64,000 bases of DNA, taken from Chiloscyllium plagiosum. Taxonomy: Eukaryota. The notes under the pieces were generated by a model. The model had not been told where the DNA came from. It was given only the letters and a program-made list of their open reading frames with translations, and ran no database searches. The stretch spans positions 33,627,851-33,691,850 of the forward strand of contig NC_057718.1 in NCBI RefSeq assembly GCF_004010195.1, in the 5' to 3' direction. A program made the position numbers and the translations under genes. How positions within the stretch are numbered: the first letter of the stretch is position 1; the number at the start of each line of letters is the position of its first letter. This document shows, in pieces, positions 1 through 9,716 of this stretch.

Positions 1-44
1 GGCCGGGGGGGGGGGGGGGCGGTGGGTCCGGGTGTCCCAGAGGT

Positions 45-421
45 GTCCAAGGGATGACCTCGGATTTCACCAGTTTCCTCATTTCCCCTCCCCACACCTT
101 GTCTCAGTCAAATCCATCGAATTCAGCACTGCCTTCCTAACCTGCAATCTTCTTCCTGACCTCTCCGCGCCCACCCCAGTCTGACCTATCACCCTTACCT
201 TGACCTCTTTCCACCTATCACATTTCCGACGCCCCTCCCCCAAGTCCCTCCTCCCTACCTTTTATCTTAGCCTGCTGGACAAACTTTCCTCATTCCTGAA
301 GAAGGGCTTATGCCCAAAACATCGATTCTCCTGTTCCCTGGATGCTGCCTGACCTGCTGTGCTTTTCCAGCAACACATTTTCAGCTCTGATCTCCAGCAT
401 CTGCAGACCTCACTTTCTCCT
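45..421 (+). mobile_element. Penelope-like element (family A), 3' end and pseudo-LTR, with a mutated hammerhead motif at 296-324
   Basis: Near reverse complement of 4170-4530; reads CTGAAGAAGGGCTTATGCCCAAAACATC, with the GAAACGTC core mutated. Confidence 0.85.
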
Positions 422-964
422 TGGTCAATAAATGCCCTTATTGGTGTGATATAAACCATGAGAATAAATTTAGATTTTTTTTTACATATTGCTCTTTCTG
501 TGAAGTAATTTTGTGGAATATCCAAACATTTGCCCAGTCTGAAACCTTATTGAACTAAGTCTCATTGATGGCAGTTATATCACAGCTTTATTCTCCAGCA
601 AGTCATCCATGTCTTGCATTTTATTCCTAAGACTCCTGATGTTCATCTATTGAACTATTTCCCTCATATTCTTAAAATGTATTTGTCATTATATCTATAT
701 CTCATCATCAGCTCTCCATTTTTCAACATTTCCCCAACCTATCTCTTCAACCAAACTTTTGGCAATTCTTGTGTAGCACCTTAGGATAGTAAAAGTGGTG
801 CATAAATGCAAATTTTATTCTGCAAAGGATTCAATTAGTTTCAACATGCATTTTTATTTAAGTATCTGGATGATAGGTAAGCAATATACTTAACAGAAGT
901 TATTTTTCTTAAAGTTAAACCAGCAGTTTATCACTAATACCAAACCGTGAAACATCCTGTGAAC

Positions 965-1130
965 CTGGAATAAAAACAGAAAATGCTGGAAACAGAGAAA
1001 CAAAGTTCATGTTTTGGGTTAATAATCTTTCATGAGATGCTTCTGTTCTGAAGGAAGTTATTGATCTGAAGCATTAACTCTGTTTTCTCACTCTGCTGAC
1101 CTCCCTGATCCTCTGGACATTTTCCAGAAT
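965..1130. mobile_element. Highly decayed inverted PLE pseudo-LTR remnant
   Basis: aaaacagaaaatgctgga...ttttccagaat imperfect inverted arms with hammerhead-like debris (ctgaaggaag). Confidence 0.35.
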
Positions 1131-1289
1131 ATTCATCACTTTGTCATGCAGTTGAGAAAAACATTGTGTGTGATTGTGCTAGGAAATTATTTGACACCCG
1201 TTTGTCGATAAACAACGAGATCAACAGATGGAAATAGGCTTTTTGAAATGGGAATTGAACATTTAAATTTTAAAATGCTGGCTGGTACA

Positions 1290-3700
1290 GCATTTATTTG
1301 CCTATTCCAAGGTTTCCTTGAGAAGGTGGGTGTGAGCCTCTACCTTGAACCACTGAAGTCTATTTGGTGTGAAGAGACCCACAATGCTATTCAGGAGAAC
1401 GTTCTACAATTTGACCTAATGCCACAAAAGGCACAGCAATACATTTCCAAGTCAGGATGGTCAGTGGCTTGGAGAGAAGGTTGCAGCTGCTGATGTTCCC
1501 ATATATCTGCTACCGTACCTTTTCCAGATGGTAGTGATTGCTGGAAGGCTCTGTCTGAAGAACTTTGGTGAAATTCTGCGATACACCTTGTAACTTGCTA
1601 GTTAACATCAGTGATGGAGAGAATGATTGTAACCACATTTACAAATGGTCAATCTGGCTGCTTTGTACTGGATGTGTAAAGTTTCTTGAGTGCTGTGTGG
1701 AACTGAACTCATCGAAAAAAATAGGCATTATTTCTTCTTAGTCCTGACTTGTGCTGTCTAGATAGTGGACAGGCTTTGGTGAGTCAGGAGGTGAGTAGTT
1801 TTAACTTCTGATCAGCTGTTCTGCTCAGAATGTTTATATGGCTAGTCCAGTTCTGTTTCTGGTCAATAGTGACAGCCTTTACCCCACCCCCGCTATGACA
1901 GTGGGATTCTGGGCTGTAGTTAGATTCTCTCTTGTTGGAGATGTCTTTGCCTGGCACTTATATGATACAGACTCTACTTGCCACTTGTCAGCCAAAGCCT
2001 GATATTGTCCAGGTGATGTTGCTGTTAGACGTAAACTGCTTCAATATCTGAAGAACCATGAATGCTGCTGAGCATTGTGGAATCATCAGTGAATATCCTC
2101 GCTTCTGACCTTATGCTGGAATGATTATTGATGAAGTAGCTGAAGATGGTTTGTCTGGGAGAATACCCTGAGGATTTCCTGCATTGATGCTCTCAAACTG
2201 AAATGATTGACCTCCAACAAAGTCAGTCATCTTCCTTTATGTTAGATAAGTCTTCAGCCAGCATAGAATTTTCTCAGTGATTCCCATTGCTTATAGGTTT
2301 CCTAGTGTTTTTTAATGCTGCATTTTCATCATTGCTGATGATTGAGAGTAGATTGATAGGGCAGTAAGAGGCTGAGTTGGATTTATTCTGCTTTGTGTGT
2401 AGGATATGCTTGGCAATTTTCCACATTGTCAGGTAGATGCTAGTATTGCAGCTGTACTGGAACAGCTTGGCTTGGAGTTTGGCAGATTCTGGAACAGTCA
2501 TTCAGTTCTGTTGCCAGAATGTTGTTTGAGCTTATTTGCTTGTCAGTATCCAATATCTCCAACAGGTTTTTGATATCAGTCTCAGAAAGTGAATCAAATT
2601 CCCTGAATTGGTGATGCTGGGGACTTCTGGAGGAGGCCAAGATGAATCATCCACTTGGTACTTCTGGTTAAAGAATGTTGCAAATGCTTTCGCCTTAATT
2701 TTGCAATGATGAGAGTAATCATTGAGGATATTCCTCTTCCTGTGATTTAATTGTCAACGACCATTCACAACTAGATGTGGCAGGGTTGCAGAGCTTAAAT
2801 CTTATTCACTGGTTATGGAATCGTGTAACCCTGTTTATCTCTTACAGCTTATGCTTTTTAGTCAGTGGTTCTGTTTTATAGATTCACCAGGTTGACACCT
2901 CGTTTTTAGGTCTGCCTAGTGCTGTGTCTCGTATGCGCTCCTGCACTCTTCATTGAACAAGCAGTTATCCACTAGCTCAATGATAATGTTGGGATGGGGT
3001 ATAAATGAGCCATCTTGTTGTAGATTGTGTTTCAGTGCAAGTCTGCTGCTGATGGCACACAGTACCTCATGGATGCTGAGACTTGAATTTGTCGATCTGT
3101 TTGAAGTATGTTCCAATTAGTGCACTTTATGGTGTCAAACAGTGTTCCACCTTCAACGTAAAGGTGAGATTCCTTTGCACCAGGAATGTGCAGTGTTCAT
3201 TCCTACTGATACTGTCATGGACAGGTGTATCTATGACAGGAAGGTTGGTGAGGATGAGGTGAATTGCGAATTCTGCACCCATACCACTCTTAGTGCTTTT
3301 TCTAGTGGTGTTCAGCATGGAGGAACACTAATTCTTCATGATGTCATGAGATTTAATTGGATCTGGAGTCAGTGTTGAAGACTCTCCAGAATAACTCTCT
3401 CCAAACTGTTCTGCCAACTATCTCTCTAGGGTCTCCTACAGTGTGGAACAGAGCATACCCAAAGATTGTGAGGTACAGTTCTATTTACATGATCAGTCTG
3501 AGAGACAGTTCTCCAAATCTTGGCATGTGTCTCTATTTGTGTCTCTGTTTTCTTGTCTGTCTTCTAGATTGATGTCAGGTGATCTGTTGGTTTCATTCCT
3601 TTTTTTGAGACATCTTGACAATCTGATATATAGGGTGGTTAAGAGTCACCTACATTGTTGCAGATCTGGAGTTGCATGTAGGCCAAATCAGCTAAGAATA
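1290..3700 (-). mobile_element. Old decayed non-LTR retrotransposon (CR1/L2 group): APE endonuclease and RT remnants
   Basis: Minus-strand fragments LILTNLPVIDTPVHDSISRNEH (APE SDH-like motif) and KSNSASYCPINLLSIIS (RT YRPISLL motif); many stops. Confidence 0.7.
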
Positions 3701-4128
3701 GCATTTTCATTACTGAATGCAATGGGTTTTTATGACTCTGTAGTTATTTGTTCACCTGTAAAGAGGCAGTTAATAGCACAAGGTAAGTCCTGAAATGATT
3801 AATTCTGTGAATAAAAATTAGCAATGGTTTCTTCCTTCATAGTCTGGCTATCAGGGGTTTAACACTGTGTGCCTTTATGACTGCCATTTCAAATCTTGAT
3901 TTGACTGTGAATTAGCATAGATCTTATTCGTGCTATTGCTTTGATTTTGGCTTATTGTACAAGATGAGAAAAAAAATTGGGAATCCAGTCCCCTAAAAGT
4001 ATTGCTGTTGGGTCATCCATGGGAGTAATTGGTACCTATGTATTTAGTTGAGAATTTGTGGTTGTAATAATTGCCAGATTTGCATTGTTCTGTATGTAGG
4101 TTTGCTCACTGAGCTGGAAGGTTCATTT

Positions 4129-4168
4129 CCAGACGTTTCGTCACCCTACTAGGTAACATCTTCAGTGG
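4129..4168 (-). ncRNA. Minimal type I hammerhead ribozyme motif (PLE family B)
   Basis: Minus strand: CCA CTGAAGA T GTTACC tagtag GGTGAC GAAAC GTC TGG (stem I CCA/TGG, stem II, GUC site). Confidence 0.75.
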
Positions 4169-4261
4169 GGAGAAAGTGAGGTCTGCAGATGCTGGAGATC
4201 AAAGTTGAAACTTTATTGCTGGAACAGCACAGCAGGTCAGGCAGCATCCAGGGAACAGGAG

Positions 4262-4297
4262 ATTCGACGTTTCGGGCACAGGCCCTTCTTCAGGAAT
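4262..4297 (-). ncRNA. Minimal type I hammerhead ribozyme motif (PLE family A)
   Basis: Minus strand: ATTC CTGAAGA A GGGC ctgt GCCC GAAAC GTC GAAT (perfect 4-bp stem I). Confidence 0.78.
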
Positions 4298-4690
4298 GAG
4301 CAGAGAGTGTTCAGCAGGAGAAGATAAAAGGTAGGGAGGAGGGGCGTTGGAAATGTGATAGGTGGAAAGAGGTCAAGGTGAGGGTGATAGGTCGGAGTAG
4401 GATGGAGGCGGAGAGGTCAAGAAGAAGACTGCAGGTCAGGAAGGCGGCGCCGGGCTGGAAGGATCCGGCTGAGACAAGGTGGGGGGAGGGGGGATGAAGA
4501 AACTGGTGAAGTCCAAGTTCATCCCCTGCGGTTGGAGGGTTCCCAGTCGGAAGATAAGACGCTCCTCCTCCGACCGTCGGGTTGTTGTGGTTTGGCGGTG
4601 GATGAGTCCAATGACCTGCATATCCTCGGTGGAGTGGGAGGGGGAGTTGAAATGCTGTGCCACAGGTTGGTTGGGTTGGTTCGTCCGGGT

Positions 4691-5215
4691 GGCCCAGAAG
4701 TGCTCTCTGAATCGCTCCGCAAGTAGGCGGCCTGTCTCCCCAATATAGAGGAGGCCACACCGGCTGCAGCGGATGCAGTAGATGATGTGGGTGGAGGCCC
4801 AGAGGTGCTCTCTGAATCGCTCCGCAAGTAGGCGGCCTGTCTCCCCAATATAGAGGAGGCCACACCGGCTGCAGCGGATGCAGTAGATGATGTGGGTGGA
4901 GGCCCAGAGGTGCTCTCTGAATCGCTCCGCAAGTAGGCGGCCTGTCTCCCCAATATAGAGGAGGCCACACCGGCTGCAGCGGATGCAGTAGATGATGTGG
5001 GTGGAGGCCCAGAGGTGCTCTCTGAATCGCTCCGCAAGTAGGCGGCCTGTCTCCCCAATATAGAGGAGGCCACACCGGCTGCAGCGGATGCAGTAGATGA
5101 TGTGGGTGGAGGCCCAGAGGTGCTCTCTGAATCGCTCCACAAGTAGGCGGCCTGTCTCCCCAATACAGAGGAGGCCACACCGGCTGCAGCGGATGCAGTA
5201 GATGATGTGGGTGGA
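4691..5215 (-). repeat. Tandem repeat, 5 x 105 bp (35 codons), encoding the GIY-YIG N-terminal module
   Basis: Units start at 4691, 4796, 4901, 5006 and 5111; only a few substitutions between units. Confidence 0.97.
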
Positions 5216-6366
5216 GGTACAGGTGAATCTGTGGCGGATATGGAAGTTTCCCTTGGGGCATTGGAGAGAAGTGAGGGGGGAGGTGTGGGATTCCCCTCCC
5301 CTATCATATATTTCCCTCCCCTCCCCTATCAGCTTTCCATAGAGACCACTCCCTCCGCGACTCCCTTGTCAGATCCACACCCCCCACCGACCCAACCTCC
5401 ACTCCCGGCACCTTCCCTTGGCTACTCCTTTTGTTTGGAGAAAGTGGGAGGATTGGAAAGAAAAGTTGTTCAGGGTGAGGACCAGTTCGGTCAGTCGAAG
5501 GAGGGTGTCGGTGGAAGGGTACTGGGTGGTACGGCGGGAAAGGAAGAAGCGGAGTGCTTTGAGTCCTTCGTGATGGGGGATGGAGGTGTACAGGGACTGG
5601 ATGTCCATGGTGAAGATGAGGCGTTGGGGACTGGGGAAGTGGAAATCCTGGAGGAGGTGGAGGGCGTGGGTGGTGTCACGAACGTAGGTGGCTTCAGTGG
5701 GCCTCTGGGCGAAGCACTGTTGATAATTCCTGTTTTCTGTTTATATGTTTGGGTTGGTGATATCATTTCCTGTGGTGGTCATTTCCTGTTCTTTTTCTCA
5801 GAGGGTGGTAGATGGGGTCTAATTCAATGTGTTTGTTGATAGAGTTCCGGTTGGAATGCCATGCTTCTAGGATTTCTCATGCGTGACTGTTTGGCTTGTC
5901 CTAGGATGGATGTGTTGTCTCCGTCTCAGTGTGTACTTCCGTATCTGTATGTAGGGATACTAGTGAGAGTGAGTCATGATGTTTGTGGCTAGTTGATGTT
6001 CATGTATCCTGGTGACTAGTTTTCTGCCTGTTTGTCCAATGTAGTGTTTGTTACAGTCCTTGCACGGTATTTTGTAAATGACATTAGTTTTGCATGTTGT
6101 CTGTCTAGGGCCTTTCAAGTTCATTAGCTGCTGTTTTAGTGTGTTGGTGGGTTTGTGGGCTACCATAATGCCAAAGGGTCTTAGTCTGGCAGTCATTTCC
6201 AAAATGTCTTTGACGTAGGGGAGAGTGGCCAGGGTTTCTGGATGTGTTTTGTCTGCTTGTTTGTGTTTGTTGCGAGAAATCTGTGATTGTGTTCATTGGG
6301 TACAACAAACAAATCAAGTTAGACCCCATCTACCGCCCCTGAGAAAAAGAACAGGAGATGACATTG

Positions 6367-6837
6367 TGTGGTGAAACGGTTAAAAGTTATGTCCCAATAC
6401 ATGTGTGAATCTAACCGGAATGGAGGTGTTGCTTAGTCCCGTGTGAATCTTATTACACACCTCCCCGTGTGAATCTTCTTATCTGTATGTAACCAGAATG
6501 GAATGTGTTTTTTAGCCTTGCTCTGCTGTTCACATGAATGTTTATATCTGGAAAAGAGTATATCAGCTGGAAATGTCTCCAGTTCGGTGAGTCTGCTCCG
6601 GGGTTACGTTTAACCGCCGAGCGTGGGTTGTTGGCAACCGCTCTACGAGAACTGACGGCTCCCAGTTCCGGTAACATGTAGAGTGAGTATAAGCCAGACC
6701 CGTTGTAAGTATGAGACCTGGTTGTGGCGACGCTGCGGGGAATAAAATGCTCATATTCTAGCAGACTCGCCTCTTGGTCGTTTGTTCTGTGTCAGACTAC
6801 TCTCCTACGAACCTGACCTTGAGAATTTTTTAAAACA
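6367..6837 (+). mobile_element. Solo LTR (471 bp) inserted in the PLE-B pLTR arm
   Basis: TG...CA ends, 5-bp TSD cattg (6362-6366, 6838-6842), TATA-like near 6688, AATAAA at 6741, CpG-rich. Confidence 0.8.
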
Positions 6838-6945
6838 CATTGTCACAGGAAATTATGTCACCACAGGCAATGACATCACCAACCCAAAGAAACCCAAATA
6901 TATAAATAGAAAGCAGGAATTATTAACAGCGCTTCGCCCGGAGGC

Positions 6946-6985
6946 CCACTGAAGATGTTACTTAGTAGGGTGACGAAATGTCTGG
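6946..6985 (+). ncRNA. Hammerhead motif (PLE family B, second pLTR)
   Basis: CCA CTGAAGA T GTTAC ttagtagg GTGAC GAAAT GTC TGG. Confidence 0.65.
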
Positions 6986-7382
6986 AAATGAACCTTCCAG
7001 CTCAGCAAGCAAACCTACATCCAGAACCTCAACCTGAGCTACAGATATTCTCAAAACTTGCTAAGATTTGCATTGTGTCGAGGAGCAACTGTTAATACTT
7101 TTGCAAATGTATATTTTGTTTTGAAAGACTTTGTGTTCATGTTATTTTATATTTTTGGCTTAAGTTTTAAAATGCATTATTTCAGAGTAAATCTGGTTAT
7201 ATTTCAATCATGGTTGTCAGAGATGAGTGAAAACTGTTGTATGAAGTATATTTTGGCAAGTTCTACTTTTATATTATATTTCCACACTCCAGTAGAAATC
7301 AAGAGATTTCTACTGCCAACATCAAGACATTTATTTATTTTCATCATTACTCTACCCAACCTAATTTTAAATGTACCATTAC

Positions 7383-8412
7383 CATGGGAAGGCATTGGTC
7401 CAGTGGTATTATTGCTGGGCTATTAATCCAAAGACCCAAGTAATGTTCTGGGGACCTGGATTTGAATCCCACCATAGTAGATAGTGGTATTGAACTCAAT
7501 TTAAAAAAAAATCTGCAATTAGAGTCTAAGCCCTGGTTAGACCACACTGGGAATATTTTTTTCAGTACTGGTCACCTCATTATAGGAAAGATGTGGAAGC
7601 TTTAGAGAGGGATTTACCAGAATGCTGCCTGGATTGGAGGGTAGGTCTTAGGAAGAAAGGATGAGGGAGCTAGGGCTTTTCTCATTGCAGTGAAGAAGGA
7701 TGAGAGGTGACTTGATAGAAGTGTACAAGATGATGAGAGGCATAGATAGAGTGGATAACTAGAGACACTTTCCTAGGTGGAAATGGCTATCACGAGGGGG
7801 CATAATTTTAAAGTGATTGGAGGACGGTTTGAGAGAGATGTAAGAGGTTGGTTCTTTACAGAGTGGTGGGTGTGTAGAATGCACTGCCAGCAGTGGTAGG
7901 CAAAAGTCAGGACTGTAGATGCTGGAGATAAGAGTTGAGAGTGTGGTGCTGGAAAAGCACAGTACGTCAGGCAGCATCTGAGGAGCAGAAAAATCGACAT
8001 TTCGGGCAAATGCCCTTCATCAGGAAGGCCAGCAGTGGTAGTAGAGTCAGATATGTTAGGGATATTTAAGCAACACTTGAATAAGCATATGGATGATAGT
8101 AAAATTAAGAATATGCAGGTTAGTTTGATTTTGGGGCAGGATGAAAGGTCGGCACAACTTCAAGGGTGAAGGGCTTGTACTGTACTGTTCATGTTCTAAT
8201 GACCATCATGAAACGATTGCTGAATGTTGGAAAAACCCATCTGGTTCACTAACATCCTTAAGGAAAGAAAATCTGCTGTCCTTACTTGGGTTAGACTACA
8301 TGTGACTCTAGACCCACAGCAATGTCGTTGACTCTCAACTGCCCTCTGGGCAATTAGGGATGGCAATAAATGTTGGTCTAGCCAGTAATCCCCTCATCCC
8401 GTGAATGAATTT
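7383..8412 (+). mobile_element. tRNA-derived SINE (DeuSINE/SacSINE1-like), split by a CR1 3' fragment (about 7529-8199) that itself carries a PLE mini-insertion
   Basis: A/B-box-like ggtccagtgg...gatttgaatcc; tail gaatgaat; CR1 RT C-terminal sequence between two tctaa copies. Confidence 0.6.
7900..8027 (-). mobile_element. 128-bp PLE pLTR-only insertion carrying a hammerhead motif (about 7993-8025)
   Basis: 14-bp TSD gccagcagtggtag (7886-7899, 8028-8041); minus strand CTGATGA A GGGC attt GCCC GAAAT GTC. Confidence 0.9.
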
Positions 8413-8654
8413 TCAAAAATTCTGTTTTTCTTTGTGTTTGAAATGTTTACATTTCAATGCAAGAGTCGACCAACTATTTATGTAGAATGCGATTCATCAG
8501 TTTAATCTGTCTTTAATATTTTTGAGTTGATACTGTCTGATACATGCACATTGTTTGATTTATTTGTTTAACATGTAAAAATAACTTGCTGCCAAACAAG
8601 GAGCTTGCATTAATATGAGGCATATTGACTTGCATCTGTTGTGTAATGATGTGA

Positions 8655-9441
8655 GGTGCTGCATTTTGGAAAGACAAATCCGGGCAGGGCCTCAACACTT
8701 AATAGTAAGTTCCTGGGGAGTGTTGCTGAACAAAGAGATCTTGGAGTGCAGGTTCATAGTCCCTTGAAAGTAGAGTCATAGGTAGTTAGGATAGTGAAGA
8801 AGGCATTTGGTATGCTTTCCTTTATTAGTCAGAGCATTGAGTTAGGAGTTGGGAGGTCATGTTGCAGCTGTACAGAACATTGATTAGGCCACTTTTGGAA
8901 TGTTGCGGGCAGTTCTGGTCTCCTTCCTATCGGCAAGATGTTGTGAAACTTGAAAGGGTTCAGAAAAGATTTACAAGGATGTTGCCAGGGTTGGAGGGTT
9001 TGAGTTATAGGGAGAGGCTGAACAGGCTGGGATTGTTTTCCCTGGAGCGTCGAAGGCTGAGGGGTGACCATATAGAGATTTACAAAATTGAGAGGTATGA
9101 ATAGGTTAAATAGACAAGGTCATTTCCCAGGGGTGGGTGAGTTCAGAACTAGAGGACATAGTTTAGTGTGAGAGGGGAAAGACCTAGAAGGGAACTAATG
9201 GGCAACATTTTCATACAGAGAATGGTGCGTGCATGGAATGAGCTGCCAGAGGAATTGGTAGAGGCTGATACAATTCAGCATTTAAAAGGCATCTGGATGG
9301 GTACATGAATAGAAAGGTTTAGAGGGCTATGGGCCAAGTGCTGGCAAATGGAACTAGATTAGGTTAGGATATCTGGTCGGCATGGATAGGTTGAACCGAA
9401 GAGTCTGTTTCTGTGCTGTACATCTTTATGACTCTATGACT
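8655..9441 (+). mobile_element. CR1/HER1-type LINE, 5'-truncated 3' end
   Basis: LYRTLIRPLLECCGQFWSP...LERVQKRFTRMLPGL...RRRLRGD; tail atgactctatgact. Confidence 0.9.
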
Positions 9442-9567
9442 TCCAACAAAGCAGTTTTTGTACTATGTAAAAAATTTTAATATGGAGCACACCAGCACCA
9501 AATGCTTATTTTTAACATTTTTACACCAAATGCTTCATTCACAATTAACACTAATATCCTTTTGCAG

Positions 9568-9716
9568 TGCATTGAATGGCATTCCTGAAAACTTGAAGGA
9601 AGAAGTGGTTAGTTGTCTAATCAGTTGCCTAAAGAAAGAAATGTTGATTGTGGATAAATCCCATATCAGGAAGGTGATTGATTCCATTGCAGCTTGCATG
9701 GAGAATTTTAGCCTGG
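9568..9716 (+). CDS. THADA: THADA exon (149 nt): SALNGIPENLKEEVV...IAACMENFSLG
   Basis: tttgcag|T ... CTG G|gtaag; overlaps ORF 9458..9727. Confidence 0.92.

Larger units (their letters stand above)
4170..5691 (-). mobile_element. Penelope-like element (family A), rearranged: RT fragment, inverted segment about 5291-5416, GIY-YIG endonuclease and pLTR
   Basis: 10-bp TSD cttcagtggg at 4160-4169 and 5692-5701; MDIQSLYTSIP...QTKGVA (RT); IIYCIRCSRCGLLYIGETGR and VAQHFN (GIY-YIG). Confidence 0.92.
4089..7063 (-). mobile_element. Penelope-like element (family B) with inverted pseudo-LTRs; hosts two nested insertions
   Basis: 13-bp TSD agatttgcattgt at 4076-4088 and 7064-7076. Arms 4089-4169 + 5692-5840 are inverted against 6303-6366 + 6838-7026. 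GIY-YIG remnant NVIYKIPCKDCNKHYIGQTGR (ORF 5960..6202). Confidence 0.9.

Noticed and set aside
1..45. G-rich run as a G-quadruplex regulatory element
   Set aside because: Low-complexity sequence at the window edge next to a PLE fragment; nothing supports a function.
3650..3790. Possible upstream THADA exon ending at aggtaag (about 3782)
   Set aside because: No frame gives both the required phase 2 and THADA similarity, and the site lies at the edge of a decayed LINE. The preceding exon is probably outside the window.
4691..5215. CRISPR-like array
   Set aside because: The units are contiguous 105-bp duplications with no unique spacers, they encode a GIY-YIG peptide, and the context is eukaryotic.
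4311..5839. Long ORFs 4311..5261, 4519..5307 and 5207..5839 as novel genes
   Set aside because: They are alternative or antisense frames of GC-rich PLE sequence, extended by the stop-free tandem repeat.
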